The notes: a model not told the origin generated them from the letters alone. A stretch of 64,000 nucleotides of DNA from an uncultured Lacihabitans sp. (GCA_964489955.1 CAZBAV010000006.1:42848-106847), one strand, 5' to 3'; positions 1-12,429 are shown, counted from the stretch's first letter. Translations and numbers: made by a program.

Positions 1-210
1 GTGCTGTGGCTACTTACTATTGGTGATAGCCAAAGTATCCCCAATTTTGATGCTTCTTTTTGAGCTTACTGTATAAAGTTGGTTTAGTTATCACCAATAA
101 AGGAAACAACAACAGAATAAAAATACTGTAAAGGTTTATAGATTTTCAGCTTGTATACCGAAAATCTATAAATAACTATACGGGTTGAATTTTCAGAATA
201 TTCTGAAAAC

Positions 211-1869
<1,659 letters not shown>

Positions 1870-2634
1870 TTATTTTAACAGGTACTTTTGGAATTTGTGG
1901 TCTGTGCCGTAAAACACGTTTAGGTCTACTGTGGTGCTTATACCAGGTACAATCCCGCCGTCTGATAATTGCCACATTAGCAAGTTTTCTATATCGTAGA
2001 CTTTAGGGTTGTACATAGAGTAGTCTGCAAGCCAAATATCGTAACCTTCTATTTTGTTTTTAATGTATTTGTTGTAAACCAGGTGATTAGTGTAGATTAC
2101 AGGCTTTTTACCCACTTGTTCTTCTACAACTTTTAACCATGTATTAGCGTTCTCGCTGAGTTTGTCTCTCTCTGCATGGCTGCGTCCATCGTTTTCGAAG
2201 TCCAGTACAGGAACAAAGTCACCACTTTCATGTTTTACTGTAGCCAAATAGTTTATGGCTTGTGTGTGGGGATCAGTAGAAGTGGCAAAAAAATGGTATG
2301 CTCCTCGTACTAAACCATGTTTTTTTGCCTCAGCCCAATTGGTTTCAAAGTTTGGGTCAATTAAGTCACCACCCTCAGTAGCCTTTATGATAGCAAATTG
2401 CAGCTTTCCGTCTACCCGAGTATGAGAGCTTACCTCATCCCAATTAATACTGCCATTGTGCCTGGAGACATCTATGCCATGTATCATGTGGTCATGCTGA
2501 CTAGGGTAAATTTGTTCTTTACCAGCTAGTTTATGGCCATCTAACATTAGGTTTGGGAGCAATACAAGCAAAGCAATCAGAGTTAGCGTATAAGCTACTA
2601 TCCAATTTTGTTTTACATGTCTTTTGTGCTCCAT
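1870..2634 (-). CDS. glycoside hydrolase family 25 lysozyme (muramidase), N-terminally membrane-anchored
   Basis: 254 aa with an N-terminal hydrophobic helix. GH25-type blocks are GIDVSRHNGSINW, FAIIKATEG, RGAYHF and DLNVF. Lies 9 nt from pgi on the same strand. Confidence 0.8.
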   Translation of the reverse strand: MEHKRHVKQNWIVAYTLTLIALLVLLPNLMLDGHKLAGKEQIYPSQHDHMIHGIDVSRHNGSINWDEVSSHTRVDGKLQFAIIKATEGGDLIDPNFETNWAEAKKHGLVRGAYHFFATSTDPHTQAINYLATVKHESGDFVPVLDFENDGRSHAERDKLSENANTWLKVVEEQVGKKPVIYTNHLVYNKYIKNKIEGYDIWLADYSMYNPKVYDIENLLMWQLSDGGIVPGISTTVDLNVFYGTDHKFQKYLLK

Positions 2635-2745
2635 TTAGTAATAAACGTTTTGTAAAAATAATTATTTAGACATTAAAACTAAAGTTTTATGATACATTAA
2701 TTTTTTTGTTAGAAAGAGTAAAAATTGGACACTTTTTAGTGGAAA

Positions 2746-4611
2746 TTAAACTAACTCACTTAATTCAAGCCAACGCATTTCTTTTTCTTCTAATTGTATC
2801 ACGATTTCCTCTAAACGTGCCGATATTTTGGATATTTCATTGAAATCTTGGCTGCTGTCTGATAATTTGGATGTTAGATCAGCTTTCTCAACTTCCAGTT
2901 TTGGCATTTCTTTTCCTAGTTCTTCAAATTCTTGCTTTTCTTTAAAGCTTGCTTTACGTTTTGGCTGCTCAGGTGCGGTAAGAACTTTAGTAGGCTCTTG
3001 TTTAGGTTTATCGTCTTTTTTGGCCTCTTTTTGTTGCTCATCCGCCCAGTTACGGTAATCTGTGTAATTTCCCGGGAAATCTTTAATATATCCGTTACCC
3101 TCAAATGCAAAAGTGTGGTCTACTAATCGATCAAGGAAATAACGGTCGTGAGATACTACCAGTAGACAGCCGGAGTAGCTCATTAAGAACTCTTCTAACA
3201 CATTAAGAGTGGCAATATCTAGGTCGTTTGTTGGTTCATCTAAAATCAGGAAATTAGGATTTTGAACCAGTACTTTTAGAAGTTGCAATCTCCTTTTTTC
3301 ACCACCAGATAGTTTGGCAATTGAGCTATACTGCACAGCAGGCGGAAAAAGGAAGAGCGTTAAAAAAGCCGATACACTTATTTCCCTACCGTCGGCCATT
3401 TTTATAAATTCGGCCACTTCCCTTACATTTTCAATTACTTTTTGCTCAGGCTCAAAAACCAGTCCGTCTTGTTTATAATACCCTATCTTTATGGTCTCGC
3501 CTTTAACAATTTTGCCCATATCAGGTTTTATTTCATCGTTAACAAGACCCAATAGGGTAGATTTACCCAAACCGTTTTTCCCAACTATACCTATCCTGTC
3601 TCCTCGTTTAAAGGTATAACTAAATTCAGATATGAGCGTCTTGCCATTGTAGCCTTTGCTCACATGCTGGATTTCCATTATTTTATTACCAATCCGCTCG
3701 GTTTTCATGCTCAGCTCTAGCTTATCTTCTTTGCGGTGGCCAGATGTTTTGTCTTTCAGTTCATAAAAGGCGTTTTCACGGTAGGTAGCTTTATGCGTAC
3801 GGGCTTTGGGCTGCCTCCGCATCCATTCCAATTCCTTTTTCAGAAGCTGGCGGTCTTTCTCCAAAACAGTAGCCTCAATCTCCTCACGCTCTGCCTTTTT
3901 CTCTAAGAAATAAGCGTAATTTCCATTGTACTTATGTATTTTGGAATGGTTAAGTTCCATTATACGGTTACTTACTCGGTCAAGAAAATACCGGTCATGC
4001 GTAACCAAAAACAAAGTCATGTTACTGGTGGAGAGGTAGCCTTCTAGCCACTCTATGGTATCAAGATCTAAGTGGTTGGTAGGCTCATCCAGAATAAGGA
4101 AGTCGGGTTCGTCTATCAGCACTTTAGCCAAAAAAACGCGTTTCTTTTGTCCGCCGGAAAGTTCCCCAATAAGCTTATCAAAATCGTGGATACCTAGTTT
4201 ACCGAGGATCTGTTTTACTTTAGCTTCGTAGTCCCAGCCGTTTAGTTGTGTAAGTACTTCGGCGTAGTGGCCTATAGCATCACTGTCTCCTTCTTCAGTA
4301 GCTTTTTCGTAAGCTTGTATAGCTTGCGTTATTTCATTTTCGGAAGAAAATAAAACCTGCATTACTGTATCTGTATGCTTAAAATCCGGATTTTGGTGCA
4401 AGTATCCCACTCGTATTTCTTTACGAATGCTCACAATGCCTTCATCTGGAGCAACTATGCCTGCCAGTACATCCATGAGTGAAGATTTTCCACTTCCGTT
4501 ACTTCCTATTAAGGCTACTTTTTCGCCTTGTAAAATACCGAAAGTTAAATCCCTGAAAAGCCATCTTTCGCCTAGGTTTCGGCCTAAATTCTCTACTGAT
4601 AAGTAATTCAT
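2746..4611 (-). CDS. ABC-F family ATPase (Uup-like, no transmembrane domain)
   Basis: 621 aa. Two Walker A motifs (GSNGSGKSS, GKNGLGKST), two ABC signatures (LSGGQKKR, LSGGEKRR), two Walker B motifs (ILDEPTNHLD, ILDEPTNDLD) and a charged coiled-coil-like C-terminal tail. Confidence 0.9.
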   Translation of the reverse strand: MNYLSVENLGRNLGERWLFRDLTFGILQGEKVALIGSNGSGKSSLMDVLAGIVAPDEGIVSIRKEIRVGYLHQNPDFKHTDTVMQVLFSSENEITQAIQAYEKATEEGDSDAIGHYAEVLTQLNGWDYEAKVKQILGKLGIHDFDKLIGELSGGQKKRVFLAKVLIDEPDFLILDEPTNHLDLDTIEWLEGYLSTSNMTLFLVTHDRYFLDRVSNRIMELNHSKIHKYNGNYAYFLEKKAEREEIEATVLEKDRQLLKKELEWMRRQPKARTHKATYRENAFYELKDKTSGHRKEDKLELSMKTERIGNKIMEIQHVSKGYNGKTLISEFSYTFKRGDRIGIVGKNGLGKSTLLGLVNDEIKPDMGKIVKGETIKIGYYKQDGLVFEPEQKVIENVREVAEFIKMADGREISVSAFLTLFLFPPAVQYSSIAKLSGGEKRRLQLLKVLVQNPNFLILDEPTNDLDIATLNVLEEFLMSYSGCLLVVSHDRYFLDRLVDHTFAFEGNGYIKDFPGNYTDYRNWADEQQKEAKKDDKPKQEPTKVLTAPEQPKRKASFKEKQEFEELGKEMPKLEVEKADLTSKLSDSSQDFNEISKISARLEEIVIQLEEKEMRWLELSELV

Positions 4612-4899
4612 TTTGCAAAAATCGGCAATATTTCTGGATTATTTTTGCTTACAGGTATGCAAATCTTCGTTTTGGTTTAAACCAGAATACTTCTTTGAGG
4701 ATTGGAGCCAGACTAATGATTGTAAAATCAGTACAGATATTGTTAAAAGCATGGTAAGTAAGTTGGTTAAAGCTTACATTTAAAAGCTTTTGGCTGTAAC
4801 AATCTGACCAATGCAGCATTTGGGTAAAAGGTAATTCCTTATGTAATTTTAGTAGAGTTAATCTTAAAAAACATATATTTGCTGCTGAGGCTAGTATTT

Positions 4900-5490
4900 A
4901 TGAAGAATTATTTGTTTATATTGTTGGTTCTGACGAGCTTGTATTCCTGCCGTAAGACAGAAGATGATACTGTTTTTTACCAAAAACCAAAGGGATTTGC
5001 CCGTATAGATTTGCCGGAACACAAATACCAGCTTTTGGAAGGTAATTACCCGTATTCTTTTGAGTATTCGACTGCTGCTGAAATACTTCCGGACACGAGT
5101 TTTGATGCGGAACCATATTGGATTTTGGTCAAGTACTCAGATTTAAACGCCATGATACAGTTTACTTATAAACCGGTAAACGGAGATTTGAAGAAATTGG
5201 ATGCACACGTAAGAGACGCCTACAAGCTTGCAGCTAAACACCAAATAAAGGCCCGGTCACAAAGGGAGCGGGTTGTGGAGCTTAAGAATGGACGAAAGGC
5301 CGTAGTAATTGAGATAGAAGGGGAGGTGCCAAGCCATTACCAGTTTTATATGACTGATACTTCGAGGCATTATTTGCGTGGGGCTGTTTACATGAGCCAC
5401 GCGTCATTAAATGACTCGTTAAAACCAGTGGTAGATTTCCTTAAAATAGACGCTGATAAAATATTGGAAACACTTAAATGGAAATACTAA
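4900..5490 (+). CDS. gldD: gliding motility lipoprotein GldD-like
   Basis: The track ORF starts at TTG 4879. ATG at 4900 gives a lipoprotein signal (LLVLTSLYSC). The pattern recalled from Flavobacterium GldD is PKGFARIDLP..YKPV..QFYMTDTSRHYLRGAVY..ETLKWK. Confidence 0.7.
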   Translation: MKNYLFILLVLTSLYSCRKTEDDTVFYQKPKGFARIDLPEHKYQLLEGNYPYSFEYSTAAEILPDTSFDAEPYWILVKYSDLNAMIQFTYKPVNGDLKKLDAHVRDAYKLAAKHQIKARSQRERVVELKNGRKAVVIEIEGEVPSHYQFYMTDTSRHYLRGAVYMSHASLNDSLKPVVDFLKIDADKILETLKWKY

Positions 5491-5491
5491 T

Positions 5492-5704
5492 ATGTGGACA
5501 AGCGTATACTCTAGCAAAAACCGTATAAGTGCGGAGCTAGTAAAAAATGAATTAGTAAATAAAGGCATTAATGCCGTAGTGTTAGACAAAATTGATGCTA
5601 GTTACCCCGTGCTTGGCAGGGCAGAAGTCCATGTGCCTGATGGACAAGTTGGGGAAGCACGATTAGTAGTTGCCGAATTGAATGTAGATGATAAAGAACC
5701 TTAA
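5492..5704 (+). CDS. small DUF2007-like (putative signal-transducing) protein
   Basis: 70-aa ORF starting 1 nt after the gldD stop and overlapping the cdsA start by 17 nt. Size and sequence resemble DUF2007; this rests on recognition alone. Confidence 0.45.
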   Translation: MWTSVYSSKNRISAELVKNELVNKGINAVVLDKIDASYPVLGRAEVHVPDGQVGEARLVVAELNVDDKEP

Positions 5705-6530
5705 AGAAAAATCGAATCTTGTACAAAGAGTTGTAGCTGCCCTGTTGGGTGCCCCTTTGATTATATTTCTTACAGTTTACCACCCTCTTACCTTTCTATT
5801 AATGATTTTGGTATTGGGAGCTCTAACCCAATATGAGTTCTATAAGCTTATTGGTATGCAGGGGAGTTTGCCACTTAAAGGCTACGGTACTTTTTGTGGA
5901 GCATTAATACTGCTGCTTACATACAATATAGAGACGTATAATATGCTGCAAGAGTATTATTATGTTGTAGTACCTTTTGTGACCTTGCCATTCTTTATAA
6001 AACTGTATAAGAAAAATGACACAAGGCCATTCGAAAACCTAGGTTATACTTATTTGGGCATTATTTATGTAATCTTGCCTTTTGCCTTATTAATAGAAAT
6101 GACTTTTTGGCGTGGTGAGTTCAAGCCATTGCTACCACTGGGTACATTACTGGTCCTTTGGGGCTTTGATACAGGAGCTTATTTCTCGGGAAAATACTTC
6201 GGGAGACGTAAATTATTTGAGCGTATTTCACCGAAAAAAACTTGGGAAGGCTTTTTTGGAGGAGCAATAATAGCATGTTTAGTAGCGTTTTTATTTTGGA
6301 AGTACACCAACTCCCTGCATCTGATAGAGTGGATGGCCATTGCCATAATTATAGTAGTATGCGGGACATTGGGAGACCTTGTAGAATCATTATTTAAGAG
6401 AAGTATTATGATTAAGGATTCTGGTAGTATCATTCCTGGGCATGGAGGTTTTTTAGATAGATTTGATGGACTATTGCTCTCTATGCCATTTATTATTACT
6501 TTTATTAAAATATTCGATAAATTAAATTGA
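5688..6530 (+). CDS. cdsA: phosphatidate cytidylyltransferase
   Basis: 280 aa, multi-pass membrane protein. The C-terminal CDS signature region is SLFKRSIMIKDSGSIIPGHGGFLDRFD. Confidence 0.85.
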   Translation: MIKNLKEKSNLVQRVVAALLGAPLIIFLTVYHPLTFLLMILVLGALTQYEFYKLIGMQGSLPLKGYGTFCGALILLLTYNIETYNMLQEYYYVVVPFVTLPFFIKLYKKNDTRPFENLGYTYLGIIYVILPFALLIEMTFWRGEFKPLLPLGTLLVLWGFDTGAYFSGKYFGRRKLFERISPKKTWEGFFGGAIIACLVAFLFWKYTNSLHLIEWMAIAIIIVVCGTLGDLVESLFKRSIMIKDSGSIIPGHGGFLDRFDGLLLSMPFIITFIKIFDKLN

Positions 6531-7234
6531 AGACCACCCTATTTATAAGCCTTCTGTTTGTATGCCTTTTTGGGGCAGTGTCACAGTCTATTGCCCAAGG
6601 AGAACAGAAAAGCCTAACTTTTTCGGGGATTGTGATAGAAAAAGATTCCGATGAACCTCTTGCGGGAGCATATGTTATTAATACAAGGGCCGGAAAAGGA
6701 AGCCTTACAAACTCCAGAGGGTATTTTATTGTTGATGCTTTTCCTGGAGATTCTCTGGTGTTTTCATTTATGGGTTTCAAACCTCAATATTTAATTGTTC
6801 GTAGTGATTGGGGTGCTACCTACTCTGCTGTGGTAGAATTGAGTATAGATGCTAAGATGCTGCGTGAGGTAAAAGTATATCCGTACCGTACAGAAGAAGA
6901 GTTTAAAGAGGCTTTTTTATCCATGGCCATGCCAAATGCTGAGGAGAGAAGGATAATTGAAAAGAATTTAGGCGGAAATGCCATAAGAGCTTTAGCCATG
7001 GCAGCACCTATGAGTGGCATGGGTAATTACAGGTATGCTATGGAGCAACAGTTAAACCATGCACAAAACCAGAGATTAACTACTTTAAATCCTTTATTTA
7101 ATGTTGGTAGTTGGGCCAATTTTATAAAGACAGTAAAGGATGGGTCTTTTGTAAAAGGTTTGAAAACTGAAACGAACCAAGCCTTGCCAATAGATAAGGG
7201 CTCTCGAGATGATTTCTTTAAACAAAGGAATTAG
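6527..7234 (+). CDS. carboxypeptidase-regulatory-like domain protein (secreted)
   Basis: TTG start overlapping the cdsA stop by 4 nt, with a signal peptide. The FSGIVIEKDSDEPLAGAYVIN..GSLTNSRGYFIVDAFPGDSLVFSFMGFKP block is typical of CarboxypepD_reg-like domains. Confidence 0.55.
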   Translation: MKTTLFISLLFVCLFGAVSQSIAQGEQKSLTFSGIVIEKDSDEPLAGAYVINTRAGKGSLTNSRGYFIVDAFPGDSLVFSFMGFKPQYLIVRSDWGATYSAVVELSIDAKMLREVKVYPYRTEEEFKEAFLSMAMPNAEERRIIEKNLGGNAIRALAMAAPMSGMGNYRYAMEQQLNHAQNQRLTTLNPLFNVGSWANFIKTVKDGSFVKGLKTETNQALPIDKGSRDDFFKQRN

Positions 7235-7295
7235 ACCTAATAGTTGTTTGCTAAATTTTTAGAATAACTAGATCATAACCATACTTCAATCTATC

Positions 7296-8015
7296 ATGAA
7301 AAGAACAATTGCATATTTTATCCTATTGTTTTTGTTGTGTTCTGCAGTATACAGCCAGTCGTCCTATATAGATGTTGTGTACTTGAAAAATGGTAGTATA
7401 ATTAAAGGTGTGATTTTAGAGCAAGTGCCTGGCAAGAATCTTAAACTAGAAACTACCGACAAAAGTATTTTTGTTTTTGATATGGCCGAGGTAGAGAAGA
7501 TTACCAGAGAGCTGCCAGAGAAACTTGCTAAAAGACAAAATCTAAATGGGCTTACAAAAGGGTATAAGCCTATAGTAGAGATAGGGCTTATGGCCAATGA
7601 TAATGGCCCTCTCCATAAAATTGATTTTATTAACGCATATCAGTTTAACCCTTATCTTTCTTTAGGTGTTGGTACGGGACTTAGAGCGTATTTGGTAGAT
7701 TTTGATGATATCTATATGCCGCTTTTTGCTGATTTACGAGTTAATTTTAAGGATACCAGAGTGTCCCCATACTTTTCTTTAGGAGCAGGTTATAGTTTTA
7801 ATGCAACTGACGATTTCAGAGGACAAGGAGCCATGGTGCAGCCTACTATTGGGGTAAGGCTTAATACGGGTAAAGTAGCTTTTAATTGGGGACTTGGATA
7901 CAATATGATGGAAACCAAAGACTGGTACTACGTCCATGATTATAATTCGAGTATTTATCGTAAACGGAATCATACAGAACATTCCTTAACTCTAAATTTC
8001 GGGATCACATTCTAG
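7296..8015 (+). CDS. hypothetical outer-membrane beta-barrel-like protein
   Basis: 239 aa with a signal peptide (LCSAVYSQ). The C-terminal half has alternating hydrophobic/aromatic beta-strand-like pattern and ends in an aromatic residue (..LNFGITF). Confidence 0.4.
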   Translation: MKRTIAYFILLFLLCSAVYSQSSYIDVVYLKNGSIIKGVILEQVPGKNLKLETTDKSIFVFDMAEVEKITRELPEKLAKRQNLNGLTKGYKPIVEIGLMANDNGPLHKIDFINAYQFNPYLSLGVGTGLRAYLVDFDDIYMPLFADLRVNFKDTRVSPYFSLGAGYSFNATDDFRGQGAMVQPTIGVRLNTGKVAFNWGLGYNMMETKDWYYVHDYNSSIYRKRNHTEHSLTLNFGITF

Positions 8016-8183
8016 TTGGTCTTCTTCTGAGTGTTGATAGATGTTTTTTAAAAAAGAGTTAAATCAATTCTTTACTTTATAAACTAACTTCCAATATCTT
8101 TTGGATGTGTGTACAGAAGGAAGAATCCCTGGCATTTGTTATAAAAGGGTATTTGTTTTAATTTAGGACAAAAAACAACCTTA

Positions 8184-9551
8184 ATGAAAAAAATCCTCTA
8201 TTCTTTAGCATTTTTATTTGCTTGTAACGTCCTCTTTGCCCAGAATTTTAAGAACGAAACTCCAGCCCAAAAAGAACAGCGTTTGGCGTGGTGGAAAAAC
8301 GATAGGTTTGGGATGTTCATCCACTGGGGACTTTACTCGGTACCAGGTAGACATGAGTGGGTACAGAACTATGAAAAAATACCTGCTAAAGATTATCGGG
8401 ATAAGTATCTGGATAAATTTGATCCGGATTTATATGACCCCAAAGAATGGGCAGCCCAAGCTAAAGCCGCAGGAATGAAATATGTGGTTCTCACCACGCG
8501 GCACCATGAGGGGTTTGCTCTATGGGATTCTAAAGTGAGTGATTTTAAAGCTACAAATAGTCCGGCAAAAAAAGACCTTCTTAAACCTTTTGTAGAAGCA
8601 TTTAGAGCAGAAGGCATCAAAATAGGCTTTTACTTTTCTATGATAGACTGGTATCATCCGGACTTTACTATAGATCGTGTACACCCTCTACGAAGTGATG
8701 AAAAGGCCAAGGCCGAGAATTCTAAAAAGGATATGGCCAAGTTCAGGACATTTCTCCATGCCCAACTCCGTGAGGTACTTACAAATTATGGCAAAGTAGA
8801 TTTATTATTCTTTGATTATTCTTATTCGGGCACAGATGGAAAGGGTAAAGACGACTGGGATAGCGAAGGCTTGGTAAAGATATCTAAAGAATTACAGCCA
8901 CATATTATTATCAATGATCGGTTAGGACTGAATGAATCTTGGGGTTGGGACTACATTACCCCTGAGCAGTTTATGCCGAACAAGTGGCCAGAAAGAGAAG
9001 GGAAGAGGGTAGAATGGGAAACCTGTCAGACTTTCTCGGGTTCATGGGGTTATCACCGTGACGAAAATACATGGAAGTCCCCCAACCAACTTATTGCCAT
9101 GCTTATAGAAGTGGTATCTAAAGGTGGAAACTTACTGTTAAATGTAGGACCCACTGCCCGCGGGAATTTTGATGACCGTGCGAATGAACGACTCCAGGCC
9201 ATTGGCCAGTGGATGAAGTACAATAAACGCTCTATTTATGGCTGTACTGCTGCACCAGAGGGTTTTCAAACTCCTGACAATACGTTTTTAACCTACAACC
9301 CAGAAACCAAGCGTCTGTATGTTCATATTTTACAATGGCCGTTTAAAACGCTTTATTTACCTGGTTTCAAAGGTAAAGTGAAATATGCACAGTTTTTACA
9401 CGATGGCTCAGAGGTAAGTTACACTTCACGAAGCACTGCTAGTCCCGATGGGCACATGACTATTACGGCAGGAACTGAAGATTTAATCGTAACCCTGCCT
9501 GTACAGAAGCCTAACCAAGAAATACCTGTATTGGAATTGTTTTTGGAGTGA
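8184..9551 (+). CDS. alpha-L-fucosidase (GH29)
   Basis: 455 aa with a signal peptide. GH29 blocks are RFGMFIHWGLYS, KYVVLTTRHHEGFALWDS and GGNLLLNVGP. Confidence 0.9.
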   Translation: MKKILYSLAFLFACNVLFAQNFKNETPAQKEQRLAWWKNDRFGMFIHWGLYSVPGRHEWVQNYEKIPAKDYRDKYLDKFDPDLYDPKEWAAQAKAAGMKYVVLTTRHHEGFALWDSKVSDFKATNSPAKKDLLKPFVEAFRAEGIKIGFYFSMIDWYHPDFTIDRVHPLRSDEKAKAENSKKDMAKFRTFLHAQLREVLTNYGKVDLLFFDYSYSGTDGKGKDDWDSEGLVKISKELQPHIIINDRLGLNESWGWDYITPEQFMPNKWPEREGKRVEWETCQTFSGSWGYHRDENTWKSPNQLIAMLIEVVSKGGNLLLNVGPTARGNFDDRANERLQAIGQWMKYNKRSIYGCTAAPEGFQTPDNTFLTYNPETKRLYVHILQWPFKTLYLPGFKGKVKYAQFLHDGSEVSYTSRSTASPDGHMTITAGTEDLIVTLPVQKPNQEIPVLELFLE

Positions 9552-9574
9552 GTCCAATAAGTAATACAAGAGGA

Positions 9575-9610
9575 AAAAAGCCTGCTATTTAAAATAGCAG
9601 GCTTTTTTTT
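9575..9610. terminator. intrinsic terminator hairpin after the fucosidase gene
   Basis: AAAAAAGCCTGCTATTT / AAAATAGCAGGCTTTTTTTT: perfect ~12-bp stem flanked by an A-tract and a T-tract, so bidirectional in form. Confidence 0.75.
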
Positions 9611-9755
9611 CGCCGGGTGCAGCTTTTGTTCATTTGATCTTGCTAGATTTCTTAGAAAAGTACAATATCAGAGGGTTTAATAGTTTCTTAATTTTTCCTT
9701 AAGGACTAATTAATACGACTTCCATTTATTTGTAGCATTTACAACAAAATTATTT

Positions 9756-12416
9756 ATGAAACTCTATACTATTATAGTTTCTGTAATGTGTGTTTTAGTG
9801 CTTTCGTTTACTTCTGTGGCACAAAATAGAACCGTTTCAGGACAAGTTAAATCTAAGTCGGGAGAAGCCATAGCTGGTGCTACTGTGATCCTGAAAAATT
9901 CAGAAAAAAAATATAGCACTCTTAGTATATCAACTGGAGATTTTGAAATTAAGGATGTAGAAAACGGGAACTATGAACTAGTTGTAAGTGTGATAGGTTA
10001 TGAAATCCATTCACAAAAAATTACAGTACCGATATCTCCCGTACAAGTAGTGCTTGAGGAGCAAATTACAAGTTTAAACGAGGTAGTGGTAAGTACTCAG
10101 AAACGTACCCAAAATCGTATAGATGTACCCATAGCTGTAAGTGCACTTAGTGGTAGGGCTTTAGATAATATGAATATTAGGCAATATGATGAGCTTGCCC
10201 AGTATATTCCTGGATTACAAATGCAGCTGCAAAGCCCCAATAACCCTAGTTATGTAATCCGTGGTATAACATCAGACGAGGGCGATACCCGTACTCAACA
10301 CCGTGTTTCTGTTTTTCAGGACGGCGTATCTATGTCACGTTCCAGAGGTTCGGTTTCTGAGCTTTTTGATATGGAACGAGTGGAGGTTGTTAAAGGACCA
10401 CAAGGAACACTTTTTGGGCGTGGAGCACAGATTGGTGCAGTACATTTTATCCAAAATAAACCAACTTTTGATCTTAGCGGAGAGCTAAACCTTGGATACG
10501 GAAACTATAACCAAAAGATAGCCAATGGATTTATTAATATGCCTTTTGCTAATGATAAATTCTCTAATCGTCTTTCATTTTACTACAATGAAAGAGATGG
10601 TTTTATTGATAATTACGCTGGTGGAAAACTAAATGGACGGAATGTAGTAGCTCTCAGAAACATACTACGTTTCCAGCCAAGCAAAAACACTACTGCCGAT
10701 TTAATAGTTAACTACCAAAAAGATAATTACCCGGGAACAAGTTTCAAAAACGGGCAGTTTGCACCTCCGAATGGTGATACAGATGCCAATTCTATGGCAG
10801 GTTTAGACAAAGGGAAAGACCTCTTTATTAAGCGGGATGTATTAGGGACAAGTCTTTTGGTAAATCATAGCTTTTCGCCTGCTTGGGGCCTAACTTCTAC
10901 TTCTGCGTACCGCCAATATGATTCCGATGAGTCATTTGATCCTGATGGCACTATGGCTCCAATTCTTTGGATTTCTGAACTGGCTAAAGGAAATCAAGTT
11001 TCGCAAGAGTTTCGTTTTAACTACGAAAACGATAGCAAGTTCTCCGGGTTTTTAGGTGCTAGTTTCTTCCATGAAAGTGCACAAACTGAATTACCTCTAA
11101 GAGTAAACGAACAAAGTCTTTACAGAGCCATAACACCTATGATACAGCAAGGAATTTCTGCTCAGTTAGTGGCTGCTGGACTTCCACAACAGCAGGTTGC
11201 TGCTTTGGTTCCTGCTCTATTCCCTCAGGAGCCCTTACTTACTAATGGTATACCAAATTTTACAAGCAACCTACCAAACCTTGTGTCTACCTTAGCGGCC
11301 ATGGGTTTACCTATACAAGCTTTTCCTCCGGCTATCCAGCAAATGGTGGGAATGCTATCTAATGCTCCTTTAAACCCTAACCATTTAGAAACATCTTATG
11401 ATTATGGGAAGAATACGGCGTATGAGATTTTTGCGGATGGGACATACAAAATAACTCCGAACTTTTGGCTTACCGGTGGTCTTAGAGGTAGTTACGAGCG
11501 TCAGTACGGAGGATACAGAGTAGATCAGACTACCACACCAAGTACAGTAGGTATGCTTATGGGTAACTACCCGAACATACTTTGGAAACCAACTCCGGGC
11601 AAAATTTCATTAGATAGGGACTACTTTTCGTGGGTAGGGCGTTTGGCTGCAAACTACATGTTTGACGATAAACGTAACAATATTTATGCAAGTGTATCCA
11701 GAGGAAGAAGACCGGGGGTAATTATGATTACACCGGTGGATACCACCTTACTAAAACCAGAAATAGTGGTGAGTTACGAAGCGGGAATTAAAGGCCGGTC
11801 GGCTGATCGTAAGTTTGGATATGATTTTACAACTTACTATTATGACTGGAGCAATTTCCAATCTAATTCTTATGAACTACTGAATGGAAATCTGGTATAT
11901 ATTTCTAGGGATGCGGGTAAGGCACACAGCTTTGGTATTGAGACGTCATTGAACTACAATATTTTCGGAAGGAGCTCTGTTTTTGTAAATGGAGCTTACA
12001 TAGATGGGAAGTTTAACAAGAAGGATGAAAATGGTAACGAACAAGAATTGGCAGGGAATACTTTCCGTTTAACTTCAAAATATACGTTCTCTGCCGGTTT
12101 GGATTTGAATTTTCCTTATAGCCAAAAGAACAACTTCTACATACGTCCATCTTATGCCTACAAGTCTAAACTGTATTTTGAGAACACGAACCGTGAAGAC
12201 TTGAGCCAAGAAGGATATGGATTAGCTCATATTAATATCGGAACGAGAATATACAAAAAAGGTAGTAGCCACTACGAAATCTCGGCTTTCGGGAAGAATA
12301 TTTTTGATACAAAATACCTGATTGATGCAGGAAATACAGGTGATGCCATCGGAATGCCATCTTACGTTGGTGGAACCAGAGCTACCTTTGGTATCCAAAT
12401 AAAAGCAGGATTTTAA
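9756..12416 (+). CDS. TonB-dependent receptor with N-terminal carboxypeptidase-regulatory-like domain
   Basis: 886 aa with a signal peptide. Has a CarboxypepD_reg-like block (VSGQVKSKSGEAIAGATVILKN), a plug region (VEVVKGPQGTLFGRGAQIGAVHF) and a C-terminal barrel ending ..FGIQIKAGF. No SusD-like gene follows. Confidence 0.9.
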   Translation: MKLYTIIVSVMCVLVLSFTSVAQNRTVSGQVKSKSGEAIAGATVILKNSEKKYSTLSISTGDFEIKDVENGNYELVVSVIGYEIHSQKITVPISPVQVVLEEQITSLNEVVVSTQKRTQNRIDVPIAVSALSGRALDNMNIRQYDELAQYIPGLQMQLQSPNNPSYVIRGITSDEGDTRTQHRVSVFQDGVSMSRSRGSVSELFDMERVEVVKGPQGTLFGRGAQIGAVHFIQNKPTFDLSGELNLGYGNYNQKIANGFINMPFANDKFSNRLSFYYNERDGFIDNYAGGKLNGRNVVALRNILRFQPSKNTTADLIVNYQKDNYPGTSFKNGQFAPPNGDTDANSMAGLDKGKDLFIKRDVLGTSLLVNHSFSPAWGLTSTSAYRQYDSDESFDPDGTMAPILWISELAKGNQVSQEFRFNYENDSKFSGFLGASFFHESAQTELPLRVNEQSLYRAITPMIQQGISAQLVAAGLPQQQVAALVPALFPQEPLLTNGIPNFTSNLPNLVSTLAAMGLPIQAFPPAIQQMVGMLSNAPLNPNHLETSYDYGKNTAYEIFADGTYKITPNFWLTGGLRGSYERQYGGYRVDQTTTPSTVGMLMGNYPNILWKPTPGKISLDRDYFSWVGRLAANYMFDDKRNNIYASVSRGRRPGVIMITPVDTTLLKPEIVVSYEAGIKGRSADRKFGYDFTTYYYDWSNFQSNSYELLNGNLVYISRDAGKAHSFGIETSLNYNIFGRSSVFVNGAYIDGKFNKKDENGNEQELAGNTFRLTSKYTFSAGLDLNFPYSQKNNFYIRPSYAYKSKLYFENTNREDLSQEGYGLAHINIGTRIYKKGSSHYEISAFGKNIFDTKYLIDAGNTGDAIGMPSYVGGTRATFGIQIKAGF

Positions 12417-12429
12417 TAATGTAACATAA

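Noticed and set aside
1-76. Possible 3' end of a plus-strand CDS running in from the left edge, followed by a hairpin at 137-170 (TATAGATTTTC...GAAAATCTATA).
   Set aside because: Two frames are open from the edge, ending at 63 and at 76, and about 20 codons are too few to choose a frame or a product. The hairpin is real, but I cannot tie it to a gene.
1870-2634. GH25 lysozyme (1870-2634) together with the Amidase_2 lipoprotein (37905-38696) as remnants of a prophage lysis cassette.
   Set aside because: The two genes are 35 kb apart. Each is embedded among housekeeping genes, and no holin, capsid, tail, integrase or att-like repeats are visible. They are more likely cell-wall turnover enzymes.
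4673-4684. Perfect 12-bp palindrome TGGTTTAAACCA in the divergent region between the first ABC-F gene and gldD.
   Set aside because: It is a single short palindrome with no repeat or recognisable regulator-site consensus. It is noted only.
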